Part shown: one piece after another, positions 11,999 to 25,890 of the stretch | Layout of the letters: each line of letters begins with the position of its first letter | Position numbering within the stretch: position 1 is the stretch's first letter | Origin: Eledone cirrhosa | Taxonomy: Eukaryota | Assembly (NCBI GenBank): GCA_964016885.1 | Contig: OZ024746.1 | Span: 68,820,001-68,884,000, forward strand | Reading direction: 5' to 3' | Length of the DNA: 64,000 bases | The notes under the pieces: model-generated | Database searches by the model: none | Told to the model about the DNA's origin: nothing | What the model saw: the letters and a program-made list of their open reading frames with translations, nothing else | Program-made: the position numbers and the translations under genes

Positions 11999-14165
11999 TA
12001 CTGTTATGTTAAAAAGAATGTATTAAGAAAATAAAGCGTTACAAAAAATATATACACGTTTCGTACACATAGATTATCTACATATAAATGCATAAATTGA
12101 TGAAAATTTCAAATTACAGGATTATCAACACGTTTTAATTTCTATATATAAACCTACACAAAACGAGGACCATATATTTTTTGTTTCCTATCCATAGATT
12201 ATGCCATTCATTCAAACCCAAATAACAGGACCGATTACAGATATCAAAACAATTACATATGACATGCAATTATTGAAGTTTACTCGCGCATAAAAAACAA
12301 AGAGAGGAGCAAATGACAATTTTTAAACAAACATATTTTTATGTGTAAAAGAAGTTATTGTTTTTCCTTTTCCTTTTTTTTTTTTACTTTATTACAACAA
12401 TCTTTCCTCCCGTTTTGGTTGAATAGTATGGATTTTCTTGCTGGATGTGTAATCAATGAGCTGGTGGTGGTGGTGGTCTATTTATTATAGTTTATCATTA
12501 TTATTACTATTATTGAACTCGACATGCATGGAAGTAAATACCATAAGCTTCAAAGTTATCCCTGTACTGGTCATTAACCTCTGCTAGAACAAAATGTAAT
12601 AAAAATTGTTGTAATAGTAACGAACCGTGAACGTGACAACATCAAAGTCAAATTAAAGATGGTTTATAAAAACAAGGACAATTTAATTACCTGGAAAATG
12701 TAAGTGTTGGGCTGCTATATCACTCGCTGATATCGCGTGTTGCTTCGCTCTTTCGTTTTTTATTATTATTATTTTTCCTTCGCTTTGTTGATTTTCCAAA
12801 ATATTGTGTTGTTATTTATTTATATTTTCCGCGTTGATATACATAACTTTTGTAATGTGTATGCAAAAATCTATGTATACGTGTATTCCTAATTACACTG
12901 CGTGCCTGTGTACGTGTGTGTGTACTTGTATGTAATGTTATGTGTGTTGACTCTTGTCTAGATGCAGAAAAACATGAAGCACCAAGCAAACTCTTTTCGT
13001 AGACATAAATAGATACATGTGTATGTGGTTCACATTTACCTGTCAATTGGTCTCTGTAAATGCCCGTTGCCTTGGATATCGACCTGGTCTGGTTAGCAAT
13101 TAGTGGGGCGGCTCCATCCACTTCAGAGCTAGGTACCGTGCAAAGTGCAGATAGTGTGTCGTTCTCCAACAAACATTTAACAAGCTCCGTTATTTACAGC
13201 AGAAAGAGAAAATACGATTGTAATGATACTGTTACTACTGCTTCTTCTTCTACTTCTTCTTCTGCTGTTGTTACATACAAGCTGTAATTAAAGTAGAGGG
13301 AGAGGTTGTTCACGTGGAGCTCCGTACTTGCTGCACACACCAAAATTGAATGGAGCAGCTACTTTGATCAGCTGGTTGAATGTTGTGGTTGTAGTATCTG
13401 GAGTTACGACCATGTTGAAAGGATGTCCGCGGCAATGATAATAAATAATACTGATGAAAGCTTTAAAGGATTCGAATGTGTTGGTAGAGGTGGTTGCTAT
13501 GGTTTAAAGGAAGGTACAAAGCAATAACAACAGAAGCAAATACAAGCTGCACGATAAATAAATGTGTATTTAAACTAATCAGTTTGGGAGAGTTTCGCAC
13601 TCTCTGTTATTGCCGACAACAATGTTAATAAAAATAATAATAGTAATGTTACGTAGAACAACAGCAGGTAGTTACAATGAAAGTTAGCTGGTTGCTAAAC
13701 ACGACTATAATCCATATTGTTATCAACCTGATCGTTTGGTTAAGGTTTCTTTATTCAGTCAACCATATTCAGCCTCAAAAAATGTTCAAAGAGATTTTCC
13801 CCATCTTTTTTTTTAAACAAAAACAAAAAAGATAAGATTATTTGATTAAAAAGAAACAAGATTTGTCAGTGAGCCTTATATGAAAAGGTACCGGCTTTCA
13901 CTGCTGTATGTAATAACACAGGTGTTGTTTTTAAATAATTCTTTCTATAACCTTCTCACATTGTCATTTCTTGAAATAATAATTAGTTTCAACCAATTTC
14001 CCTCCGAAATCTATTAACTCTAAAGTTAAGAACAAAATAATCAGCCGTTTCAATTAATTACTTTCCATATTTTCTCGTCAGTTGATCTGTTTATAATTAA
14101 GTGTATTTTACTTCAGTCATCAAAAATGCATTTTCTCCTTGCAATAAACACATACTGTGTGTGTG

Positions 14166-14196
<31 letters not shown>

Positions 14197-14790
14197 GGGG
14201 GCGGGGTAATTATGCCGAGTGCGTGCGTAGTTAAGGAAGGTAAGTAAAAAAAAAAATAATAATAATTTGGCTTTCTTTACTTGCTGAAACGAATAAGTTT
14301 CATTTCGAATACTTCAATGTTTTATTATTATTCTGGGTAATTGCTGGCCTTGTGCCTAAAGTAGAAACAATTATTATTATTTCTTTTTGTGTGTGTGTTT
14401 GGTTTGTAATACGAGTGCTTTTAAAATGAAATTATTTTTTTTAAATGAAATTATTTTTACAAGAAGCGTTAAATGTAATTTTGTTTGCAAGGGCGAAAAT
14501 TCATCACTGATGCAAACTGCATTTTTAAACCTATGCCCAAATTTTTTTTTATGTATAATTAGGTTTACATTCGTTATGAAATGTTCATCCTTTTAAATGA
14601 AATATATTAAACATATATACATGTGAAAATAATTTAATTTTAAAAGCATACGTATTACAAAAAAAAAGTAAATTTTAAAAAAGTATTCACAGTAAAATAA
14701 AACTCATCAATTTCGGTAATTCAAGAAAGCCAAGTTATAATTATTGTTTCCTTTACATTCCTCAAGTACGTACGTATTCGGCGAGATTAC

Positions 14791-14839
<49 letters not shown>

Positions 14840-14847
<8 letters not shown>

Positions 14848-15205
14848 ATACGACAAGAGGAAACATAATAGTACCACTGATGATGTTGCAAATGTGCAAT
14901 GAAAGAACTTTGTTAGACTATATGTATTTATATCTGTATTTTTGACCGTTGGTCAGTCAGTGATAAACATTGATGGCCAAATGAATTAACTATGGAGATA
15001 TAAAAGATACAGAAGCGAAAAGCAACCAAACAGTGAGTGTGTTCTGTTATTATTTCTGGTAATCCTGCCGAGGTTAACTTTGCCTTTCATCCTTACGGGG
15101 TCAATAAAAAAAAGTATCAGTAATGCACTGGGTAATTGCTGGCCTTGTGCCAAAAGTAGAAACAATTAATACAAAAATATGACTCTCCCCAAGTATAACA
15201 ATATT
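14840..15205 (+). mobile_element. Hammerhead-bearing pLTR-like element interrupted by a SINE fragment
   Basis: CTGATGA (14877-14883)-T GTTGCA AATG TGCAAT-GAAA (14901). 14947-15063 is homologous to 3040-3140, and the terminus TGACTCTCCCCAAGTATAACAAT resembles 3152-3170 and 25873-25897. A SINE B fragment is inserted at ~15061-15168. Confidence 0.6.
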
Positions 15206-15269
15206 TGTTTTGACACACGATTTCATATCAAAAACCTCGCAAAACAAATTCATCGCCGTCATATATATA

Positions 15270-15632
15270 AGGTTGTGAGTTCAATTTTCGGACCGGGCGA
15301 TGTGTTTATTCCTTGAGCAAGACACTTTATTTCACATTGCTCCAGTTTACTCAGCTGTAGAAGTGAGATGATAGTGGTCGTGGAGGTGCCACGGCAAAAA
15401 AGCACTCAGCCCACACTGTAAAGTGAACGTGTAGGCGCCACGAAAAAAAAAAACACCCAGCACTCACTGTAAATGCGGTTGGTGTTAGGAAGGGCAGCCA
15501 GCTGTAGGAAGCAAGCCAGAATCAGTTCCTCTATGAGCAAGACAAGGTCAGCCGACCAGATACTGCCCACAACAGGACAACCCGTCTAATCCATGCTAGC
15601 GTGGAAGAACGGACGTAAAACGGTGATGATGA
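15270..15632 (+). mobile_element. 5'-truncated SINE family A with the long RTE-type tail
   Basis: Centre as in family A; tail collinear with 49270-49520. Confidence 0.85.
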
Positions 15633-15900
15633 TATATATATAAGTATATTTATTTTGTTTATCATTTATTTTTTATCATTTATTTTGTTTTGACCTGTTT
15701 AGCTTGATTTGGTTTTTGGCTTGGGTGGTTAATGCCTTCTTGACCACCTTTTCAGTTTTGTATGGCTTCTTAACACTTTGTTTAGCTCTGGTTTTTAACT
15801 ATTGAGCACTTTGCCAGTATCATTTCTGAATTTTGCGTTTCGCTTCGCTTTTCCTGCCGCCGAAACGCGATTCTCGCTGAATTTTTATTTGGAAGTATAA

Positions 15901-15965
<65 letters not shown>

Positions 15966-15968
15966 TAC

Positions 15969-16002
<34 letters not shown>

Positions 16003-16050
16003 GTATATATAGAATTCACATGAATCAAAGTTCTGTTCAAACCATTTATT

Positions 16051-16097
16051 AGCTTACAATTGTTTCATCCAAACCGAGGTTTGGAGTCTTCGGAGCA
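16051..16097 (-). ncRNA. Type I hammerhead-like motif (core CCGAAGA)
   Basis: Minus strand: GCT-CCGAAGA-C TCCAAACC TC GGTTTGGA T-GAAAC AATT GTA-AGC, followed by AATAAA. Palindromic stem III, GUA triplet, next to (TA)n. Confidence 0.65.
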
Positions 16098-16899
16098 TTT
16101 TTCAATGTTTGTTTACATACATGACCTCCTTTCCAACACAAGAGACATACGTATATATTGATGCACTGTGGGGTGACATCCATTATATTATTTCTGAATG
16201 GCAATTTAAGTTCAAAAATTAAAATCATATTAAAACAGAATCAAAGCAAAATTAAAATTAAAATACAACATCGGCAGTTAACATAGATAATGCAAGAGGA
16301 TAGTTTGTTAGTCAGTTGTAGTAGTTATTGCATGCAATAGTTACACGTGGGGCTTGCACGTGTGTCTTATTAATAAGACACACATGCATTATTGTACGTT
16401 TGCTTTTTTCATACTGGCATGGATTGGATTGGATTAGTTTTCTCAGGCAGATCTTTACAAACAGATGCCCTTTCTTGTTACCAACCGTTTTAGTCACCCA
16501 TTATGATATGTAGAGACATGGTGAACCTCTTCTAAAACAGGGATACACAATGGTGTTAGTCCATTAGGTATCTTGGGTGTTGGTGGTATGTTGTATACCA
16601 GAAGAGAATAGTAGTGGTTATGGAAACAGGGATAGCTCTGGAGTAAAAATTCAACAAAATAAGCTTCAATTAAAGGACCCCATAGAGTATTTTTCCAGTA
16701 CAGTATATTGTAGTTTGTTCCAAATACAATATATAGAAGTAGTATAATCTTTACAGGTTTTAATCTGGCCTTGATGAAGGGGAAAAAACACCTCTAATGG
16801 CTAATGTTTGTTGTATTTGGTGAAATAGGTCTTTGTTAATCATTCAAACATTGTTGTTTGGGATATTGTCAAGGATGTTGTGTGTGTAACAGCAATACT

Positions 16900-17490
16900 A
16901 TCCTCAATATGTAGGTATCAATCTAATTCAGCCCCCTGCCTTCCGTCAATCAAAATAATAGCTCTAAGATATTTAAACTTCTCTACCTGCTTCATGTAAC
17001 TCCACTCACATGTAGAGCTCAGTGCACAGGCTTTCCCAAGGGGGTGAATGTTTCAGTCTTCATAGCACTAATTTTCATTCATGTTGTGCAGCACTTGGCA
17101 GCAAACCTATCCAGTGCAAGTCAGAGATCACCTTCCAATGAAGTAAGTAGCACTATGTGTGCAGATATCAGGCAACTGACCCTACACCCACTGGTCTTGA
17201 TACCACTTCTAAGCCAGTGCCTCATCAGGAGATCACTACTCTAGAACTACAGACATGTGGTTAGAATAAGGAAAGAATCAAAAGATAGATTTGACAGGCA
17301 AAACCAACCTGTAGGAGACCCAGATGTAGACCTAGAACAAGATGGTTGGATAACATCCGTAAGCTCAGCTGGTCTCGCTTGGAGACAGTTACTTCTGATA
17401 GGACCCTCTGAGAAGTATGTCTGTGGCCCTCTCAGAAATATGTGGGTGAGGAAGAGAAAGGTGGTGGTGGTGGTGGTGGTGAAGAAAAAG
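16900..17490. mobile_element. Decayed RTE (second family) fragments
   Basis: 17250-17460 resembles 44780-45030 and 54395-54630 in opposite orientation (DLEQDGWI motif) and ends in an (AAG/GTG)n tail. Confidence 0.5.
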
Positions 17491-17884
17491 AAACAATCTA
17501 ATGTGTTTTGTAGAGAATAAACAGCTATCTTATTTGTATTTCCTGGTTCTGAAGAGGATGTTTAGTTTTAGAATAGCTTAATAGTTAGAGAGTTGGATTC
17601 AGAATCATGAGGTTGTGAGTTCAATTCCTTGATTCAAGTATAGAAATGAGTTATATCATCACTGGTGCCAAGCTGTAGTGGTCATTGCCTTTCCCTTGGA
17701 CTACATAGGTAGCATGGAGAGGAAAGATTGGTATGCAAGGGTGACTACTAGTCTTCCACAAAAGCACTTTGCCTGGTCTTGTGCCTCAGAGGAGAGCTTT
17801 CTAGGTGCAAAACCCATGGTCATTCATGACCAAAGGGAGATTGGGGTCTAGCATTTGTTGCATCTTTAAGTGGTAAGAAAATCT

Positions 17885-18040
17885 CAGGAGAGGTGGACAG
17901 CAGAAGGTCTTCAGAGAAGAAACTGTCAGGAGAGCTGGACAGCAGGTCTTCAGAGAAGAAACTGTCGGGAGAGCTGGACAACAGGTCTTCTGAGAAGAAA
18001 CACTCGGAAGAGCTGGACAGCAGAAGGTCTTCAGGGAAGA
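17885..18040. repeat. 36-39-bp minisatellite (~4 copies)
   Basis: Unit GGAGAGCTGGACAGCAG(AAG)GTCTTCAGAGAAGAAACTGTC. Confidence 0.9.
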
Positions 18041-19548
18041 AAACCCACCTCAAGCAAGTGTTTTGGCCCTTAACTTCTAAGGATCTTAGTGTATTGTTCA
18101 TGAGTAGAGATGATGTTATGCAAAGTGTATATGTCCCCTTTGAAAGATGTTTTCAAGGGTTTGTTTGTTCATGAGAATAGTGGAATCTAGACTGCTCAGA
18201 AGCTCTATGTCAAGAAAATTCTGTTTTAATTTTTTTTTTAATGGTTTGCTCTGAAGAATGGAGTTATTCTCATGCTCTTCACAGACGCTTTCAAACCATT
18301 GAGATTGTTTCTTCTTGAACATCTGCCAGTTGACATCTGTAAGAAAATTATGTACCTGTTGTAAATGTTAACAACAGAATGAACTCCACTCAAGGTATCC
18401 AAAGATTAAGTGGTTGTGTTAGACTAAGTGATTATAGTGAAAGTATAATAGAAGTTCTGAGGGTTTTTACTCCTGTTGGCAGTGGATGAACCTCTATGTG
18501 GTTTCATGACCTGCTAGAAATAGCAGCTAAATTTCTCTAATTACACCCTAATGTTTTAAATAAGGAAACAATTTGTTAATTGATGTTGACCTAAAAAAGA
18601 GGGCAGTTGCAGATGGAATTCCTCTAAATCTGGGTTTGCTTAATCAGAATTAACCTGGGGTTAAACAACAGCAACAACAAAGGTGTTTATCAGCATTTTT
18701 TTTTTATGTGTGTGTGTGTATGCTGATACCCCCTTTTTACATAAATGGAATAGACAGTAAGAAAATAGATGATTGGAAATAGCATGGCAAAGGGTTGACA
18801 CAATAAGAAGTAGTTGTATTGAACATATTCGTATCATTATCACATGAATCACTATTATTAGAACCAGATATACAAAGGAATAATGTATCTGTAGAATTGA
18901 AATAATCAACCAGTAGCATTCTGTTGTAAGGATGCTTCTGTATCACAGCTGATGTAATATCTTCTTCCTCACAACCTGATGTAGTAAGCACGTCTTCTGC
19001 ATCATAACCTGATACAGGAAATACAACTAACTGTAAAACATTGATACCAGCAATTGACATGGGGCCAAATCAGTGCAAAATGACAGCATGGAAAAAATAC
19101 TTGGAATATTGATTCCCTGCAGAACCCATACCTATGTTTTATGGGCAATCCTCACCACCTTGATTTTAATAAGGCATTAAGTGAAACAAGGATTATTTTA
19201 GAGTGGGGGTTTACTTACAAAACCCACTTTTGGGAAACACTGACTTATTGGCTAGAAGTAGTATTTTTTTTGATTATCTGAAAAAATATATAATTTTTTA
19301 ATATAAAGAATGGTGTGTTCATGCACAGATACTATAAAATAGCTTATAGAATAGAGTAAAGGACCCTTAAAGATAGAAAAAGAAGTTGCTATCAGCTGTT
19401 ATGAGGAATCGAACCCATATCTCCCAGATTTTTTCTATCAAAAAATTTCTCCCTTTACATTCTGAGTTCAAATCCTGCCAAAGTTAGCTTTGCTTTTCAT
19501 CTTTATGGGGTCAATAAAATAAAGAACCAGTAATGCACTGGGGTCAAT

Positions 19549-19764
19549 TTAACTCTTTAACATTTAAACCAGCCGTATCCGGCCATAATTCTCTTACCTC
19601 TTTCTGTTCAAACTGGCTGTGACCAGCTGCTCATATTGAAGTTAAGGTATTGTTCTCAAAATAAATAACATCAATATCTTGTAGATTCGATATTATGTAA
19701 GATAAAGCCATTACCACAAAAATACAATTGTATATATAGAGTAATGTAAATGCTAAAGTGTTAA
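19549..19764 (+). mobile_element. piggyBac-type MITE inserted into a SINE B copy
   Basis: TTAA at both ends and degenerate TIRs. The flanks rejoin as SINE B GGGGTCAATTTAATCAACTTT. Homologous to 22338-22566, 33902-34130 and 58410-58622. Confidence 0.8.
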
Positions 19765-20353
19765 TCAACTTTCCCCTCCCTCCAAAATTTTTGGTCTTGT
19801 GCCTAAATCAAAAACCATTATTTCTTTAAGTATTCTTTCTTTATCTATATCTAACACCAGGTAGGCCTATGGCCAGTCAGTCTTGAAGTTCCCCCAAAAC
19901 GATGTCTTATGTTTGTTTGTTTTGTTTTTTGTTTTGTTTTGTTTTTTGTTAGCAGGTATATTTTCCATCTCCATCTTGCTAAGTCTGTTGCAACTCTATA
20001 GATATTAATTGTTGTAATTAAAGGTGAAGTAATTTTCTTCCATAGACTATTAGTCTCAGAATTACCAACAAAGACATTTTTCTCCATGTAGTAATTGAAG
20101 ATATATTAGACAAGAGTGACTTACCACTAACCTCTCCAGGAAATATTAGAAATCAGTACTGAAAACTAATGAAACACTTAGCTTGCAGCAATGTGTTGTT
20201 GTTGCTGCTTTTGTTGCTTTTGTTTCTATTATTGTCATCAAGATTTTCCTCCAGTCATCAAGACGAACATTACCTACATTGGCCTCACTAATCTCAATGT
20301 ATATATGTGTGTGTGTGTGTATATTATTATCTGTGTGTGTGTGTGTGTGTATG

Positions 20354-20730
20354 TACAAGTTTTGTCCCAAAAGTAAGGGTACTGATTTTCCTATGTATGA
20401 CATGGTAACACAGCACCTCGTTGATATATATAGGTGTGTTGGTTATGACCTTGACTGCATGTACATACTTATTTCAACATGATCGATTGAGTCAGTTATG
20501 AGTTATTGCTGTTTATGTACTGCAATATTACTGTTGATAACCTCTGTTACATTTGCAATTCAGGAAAATACACAATCAAATTTTGTATGAAACTCAACAA
20601 ATCTGCCACCAAAATATTTAGTTCTTTAACACAAGCTTATGGAGATGCCACTCTATCAAGAAATAAGGATTTTAAGTGGTACAAAGCTTTCAAAGAGGGC
20701 AAAGAAAATGTTGAAGACAAACCTTACTTT
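20354..20730 (+). pseudogene. Tc1/mariner transposase N-terminal (HTH) fragment with probable left end
   Basis: IKFCMKLNKSATKIFSSLTQAYGDATLSRNKDFKWYKAFKEGKENVEDKP matches the mariner N-terminus pattern; truncated by a SINE. Confidence 0.75.
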
Positions 20731-20741
20731 GCGATAAACTT

Positions 20742-21077
20742 TCATCATCATCATTTTACGTCCGCTTTTGCCTGCTTGCAAGGGTGGGACGGGAACTGAT
20801 ACTGGCTTGATTTCTACAGCTGGATGCCCTTCCTAACACCAACCTCATTTACAGTGAGTGCTGGGTGCTTTTTTGCCGTGTCACCTCCACGTCCACTTTG
20901 CAGTGGAATGATAGGGACCCCAGTCCCTATCATCTCATTTCTACAGCTGAGTAAACTGGAGCAATGTGAAATAAAGTGTCTTGCTCAAGGAAACAACACA
21001 TCACCTGGTCTGAGAATTGAACTCACAACCTTTCGATTGCAAGGCCAATGCTCTAACCACTAAGCCATATGCCTCCT
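20742..21077 (-). mobile_element. SINE family A
   Basis: Reverse complement of 3877-4230. Confidence 0.9.
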
Positions 21078-21299
21078 TTGTATGTGTATATATGTGCATA
21101 TGTGTTTCTGTGTATGTCTGTATGTGTGTGTGAATGTATATGTATGTCTATGTGTATATATGTGTATATGTATATACATATATACATATACATTCACACA
21201 CACATACAGACATACACAGAAACACATATGCACATATATACACATACAAAGAGGCATATGGCTTAGTGGTTAGAGCATTGGCCTTGCAATCGAAAGGTT
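21027..21299. repeat. ~270-bp fold-back duplicating a SINE head and its flank
   Basis: 21027-~21145 is the reverse complement of ~21180-21299. Confidence 0.85.
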
Positions 21300-22337
21300 A
21301 TATGTGTATATGTGTGTGCAATTGCATGTGTGTATATGTGTATGCATGTGTACATGTGTATGTATGTATGCATATGTGTATGTACGTGTGTGCATGAGTG
21401 TGAGTTTCTGTGTGTATATACCTGTAGAAATGAAACATCAAACTGGATTCTTTTACACCAAGGGTTAAAACGTAACCATTCAATAAATAGAGATCAATAA
21501 AGTAAGTACCAGACAGAAATACATAGTGAACACTTACTGGTCAATATGATCAAAATAAAACCCTTGAAAATGGTGCTCCAGTATGGCCATGCAGTCCAAT
21601 ATCAGAAACCAGTAACCAATTAAAAGAAGAGCATGGAATTATATTATGTATAGATTCAGTTAAAGAAATGCCATGGTAAAAAGGTTTCCTATTTTTTTAT
21701 CATTTATTGAACTGTTCCAATCAAGAGAAAGAAGTTGAGTTCAAGATATTGAAAGGATTCCATTTAGAACTTTTTCTTTCAGAAAATAATAAACGAATAA
21801 TAATGATTTGGATACAGATATTAAAGGAAATAGGAAAAGAGGGAGCACAAAGGGAAATAATAGATGTAGGATAAGAAGAGAATAAAGATCCCATAACTCC
21901 TTGTGGAGTCATAGAGGCACCATCATACGGCATGTCTAGGGCACTTTTAAACCTGGCGGAGTTCAACCCTCTCCAGATATAGACTACATCCCAAACCTAT
22001 TGCAAGTGAAATCATTTAGTAAAAATATAATTAGTCAAAATATAATTAGAAAAATGTTGGGAAGAATCTAGAGATAAGCTTTCAAATCTCAACTCTCCAC
22101 CATCTCAACCAGATTTGTCAACATTTAAAACATATCAGACAGTGAGTAATTTTAATTAAAAAAATACTATGCTGGCTTAGAACATATGATATATTGTTGA
22201 ACTATATTTTATCACAAACAAGTCACAGAGAATCACCTCTATATTCTTATGGAGACTTCCCAGAAACTCTATGGCACTACTTGTTCCAATGTAGAAACTA
22301 TCGATCTAAGAAAGAGAGAACATCTTGAAGTTCATCA

Positions 22338-22566
22338 TTAACCCTTTAGCATTTAAACCAGCCATATCGGGCCAGAATTATTTCACCTCTTTCTGTTCAA
22401 ACCAGCCGTAACTAGCCACTCATACTGATGTTAAGGTATTGTTCTCAAAACAAATAACATCAAAACCTCATAGATTCGATATTATGTGAGATAATTATGT
22501 AATATAAAGCCTTTACTATGAAAATATAACAGTAAATATAGAGTAATGAAGATGTTAAAGGGTTAA
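22338..22566 (+). mobile_element. piggyBac-type MITE
   Basis: TTAA-CCCTTTAGCAT...ATGTTAAAGGG-TTAA. Confidence 0.85.
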
Positions 22567-23798
22567 AAAAAACTACTAAGATTGGATGTACAATATATTA
22601 TCAAAGATCTACCAACCATAAAAAAGAGTACATTGAGGCTACATAAAATTTGACGAAAACGTTTGTCACTCTTTTTTTTAATCTTATTTAAGCTTCTTTT
22701 GCCTCCTGTTGGCTTTTTTTTTTTTTATATTTCTGTGTATCTGGCTTTTTGTTTCTTAACTGTAAGGGGTACTAGATATCTCCTTTAGTCTGTCATGGCC
22801 TTCTGGCTCTATTTAAATTGACTAAATAAATAAATAAGATACTATTTTTTTAAGAGAACATCTTATTTCAGTCCAGTAATAACAAATGAAAGCCTATTGT
22901 TTTGTTTTATTATGTAAAGAAAGAGTAACATGTTTCAACAAATATGAGCTGGAGGTGGGGAGAGACTGCTCTCTTTCATAAATGCCACAATATAGAAATA
23001 AATGCTAATTAATATGATATTGCTTGGATCAAATTAAAAAAACAGAAGTATAATTTTGAACAACAATAACACAATTGTTAGAAGGAGCATCTATGTGGTC
23101 GTTTGATCAGCTAGAATCATCAACTAAATATCCCCCAAATTACACCCTGCAATCTTGAAAAGAGCAAAACATTAGATTGTCTAATCCCAGATGCATTAAT
23201 CCTGAAAATAAAGATGAAATAATCAGGCTGGAATGTCCTTTGATCATAGATCTGCTTGATCAGAGTTGATCTGGAGCTAAAAATCAACAATAACAATAAG
23301 ATGAGAAACCGGACAGTATTTGGTCTACTTGGGTTGGTGACATTAGCAGAGTTCTCTCAGCTAGAAGTATTTGGACCAGGTTTCTTGTTTAAGGAATATC
23401 TGCCTTCCACCTCTCACCTTTTTCCATCCCTCCCACCTTCATTCCTACTCTTCCCTCCTTCCTTCCCTCAATTCCCTCTTTTCTTCCCATGCCTATCCCC
23501 TCTCAAAGTCTGAATATGGCCAATTCCTTCCAGAGTAACGAAAGAAAGTGAGAAAGAGATATAGAGTATTGGACTGGTACATTTTTTATCAACCTTGAAA
23601 AGATGAAAGGCAAAGTTGTAACCAGTGCACAGAGAATTGGAACGAATGCTGCAAAACATTCTATCCAACATTCTAATGACTCTGACAATTTGTTGCCTTC
23701 CTTACTCATTGACTAAAAAAAAGATAACCAAGTATGCCATTGTTTGCTAATTGTTCAATAGAATTATTGCAGATGGTGACTTGACAGAGTCATTAGAA

Positions 23799-24239
23799 CA
23801 GGGGTCTCAAACTCAAAGACTTAAATGGGCCATTATATCCTTGGGAGAAACACAGTCGACCATAAGTGAGATGGGGGTGGGTAGATTTCCACCAGTTATG
23901 CTAATCTACAATACAACTGATAGGTTGCTATTTATTTATTTTTTATCAAAATGAATACGCACGTGATAGTAAGTGGGATATGTAAATTAGTACAAAATGT
24001 AGAGGAACAAATTTTTTTGTTTCAAATTTTCCTTAATTCCATTTACTTTTGATACCATTTTTACTTCTGATAAATTCCCTTTTTTTTTTTTCATTTTATT
24101 GTATTTCATGGTCAAATTACAATAAATATTATTAAAACAGGGACAAATTATCAAATTGTAGAAAAATATTACTCAGGAAAGTTTGTTTTGCCATGGGCCA
24201 TAGAAAAGTAGTTTGTAGGCTACATGTTTGAGACCCCTG
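23799..24239. mobile_element. hAT-type MITE
   Basis: TIRs CAGGGGTCTCAAAC / GTTTGAGACCCCTG; degenerate TSD; homologous to 31296-31575. Confidence 0.8.
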
Positions 24240-25109
24240 CATTGAAGTATAGGACAAAATACGTTACTGTATTTGTTCTAGTTTTCTGTGTTTCAATCCC
24301 ACCATGGCCTTTCTTCCTTTTGGGACCAATAACACTAGTTGAGAATGGCGGTTTGATGAAATTGTTAGAGCATTGGAGAAGATGCTTGGTGATATCTGTT
24401 TCAACTCTGTGTATTCTGAATACAGAGAGCTGGAATAATTACCACAAGGATTTTCTCCTGTGCCTTAATGACTCTGCAACCATACTGCCTAAATTGATTA
24501 ATATAGTTGCTAGAGCTAAACTAAGAGAAAGACACACATTGAAGGTGGTGACCCAACATACTTCTTCCTTCTTTATTTATGTATTTATGTTAACACATTA
24601 ACACTTACACACACACATATGCACATACACACAGATGCACACACATATGGACATACACACATACACATGGAGACAGGCACACAGACAGACACATACACGC
24701 ACATAGACACACTGACTGACACACAGGCACACATACACATACACATACAAACATATTCACACACAGACAGGCAGATAGCTACAGACACACACACACACAT
24801 ATCCACGGACAGACATACACACACATACACACATATACACATATCCACAGACAGACATATACACACACACATTCACACACACATTAATACAAACACATTC
24901 ACACCGACAGACATACACACTCACATACAGACACAGACATACACACATATACACAGACAGACACACATACACAAACACACAGATACAACCACACGATCTA
25001 TGTTCAAATGTGTTGGAGCAATGGTTGGTTTGAATAGCAACCAACTTATAAAACAGTACGTACCTGCCTTGGAGCTCTTCGATGTCAAACGCTCAGCCTA
25101 CTTCATAGT

Positions 25110-25890
25110 CTGTTTAAAATTATTTTCTTTCAAGCTACAGATATCCTAATAAATTTATTGAAACTTTATAATGAATGAAAATTCACTCCATTATAATGTC
25201 CTGAAGATATATGTATGTATGTGTATATATCTATATCTATATATATCTATATATTTCGTTTCTGAATTTGTTTAGCAAGATTCTTTATCTGAAATCGTGT
25301 GTTGAAACCGATATTGTTATACTTTGGGAGGGTCATGTTGCCAATAAGAAACACACGCACCAGTTGCTTTCACTTCAATTTATTATATATTACAGAGGCA
25401 GTAAGCATAAAAGAATTACAACCAAAATTAAATAGAAAATATGAGTGGAACAGCAACATCACAACTTACAATTAAGGACAAAATGAAAACACACACACAC
25501 ATAGAACAAACAACCAACCAACAACATGTAAATAAATAAATAAATAAATAAACAAATAGATAAATGAACACAAACACACACAGACACCCGGATGTGGCGC
25601 ATGCGCAAACTGAGCACACAACACACAGAAACAAAATGGCGTAGGACAGAAGAAAGGAAAGGCACAGAAACAAAGAAAGGAATCCCCAGTCACTGAAGAG
25701 GTCACAGAGTGTGTGACGAAAGGACTATGACTATATATAAACAACTATCTGGTTGTGGAACCAACCAACCAACCAGAAATTTATAAGTTTGTAGATTTGT
25801 AAATTTATAAATTTATAAATATATAATAAATTGAAGTGAAAGCAACTGGTGCGTGTGTTTCTTATTGGCAACATGACCCTCCCAAAGTAT

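Noticed and set aside
9895-12012. 705-aa and 523-aa ORFs, and similar Y/I/H/T-rich ORFs at 3.5-3.9, 24.6-25.1, 26.6-27.1 and 59.3-61.4 kb
   Set aside because: Translations of TA/TG/TACA microsatellites that lack stop codons by composition.
13323-13352. Faint resemblance to the U6 snRNA 5' end
   Set aside because: Under 30 nt, gapped, and no ACAGAGA box follows.
17885-18040. Regularly spaced repeats (also 31680-31980) as a CRISPR-like array
   Set aside because: Head-to-tail degenerate units without unique spacers, in eukaryotic DNA with no cas genes.
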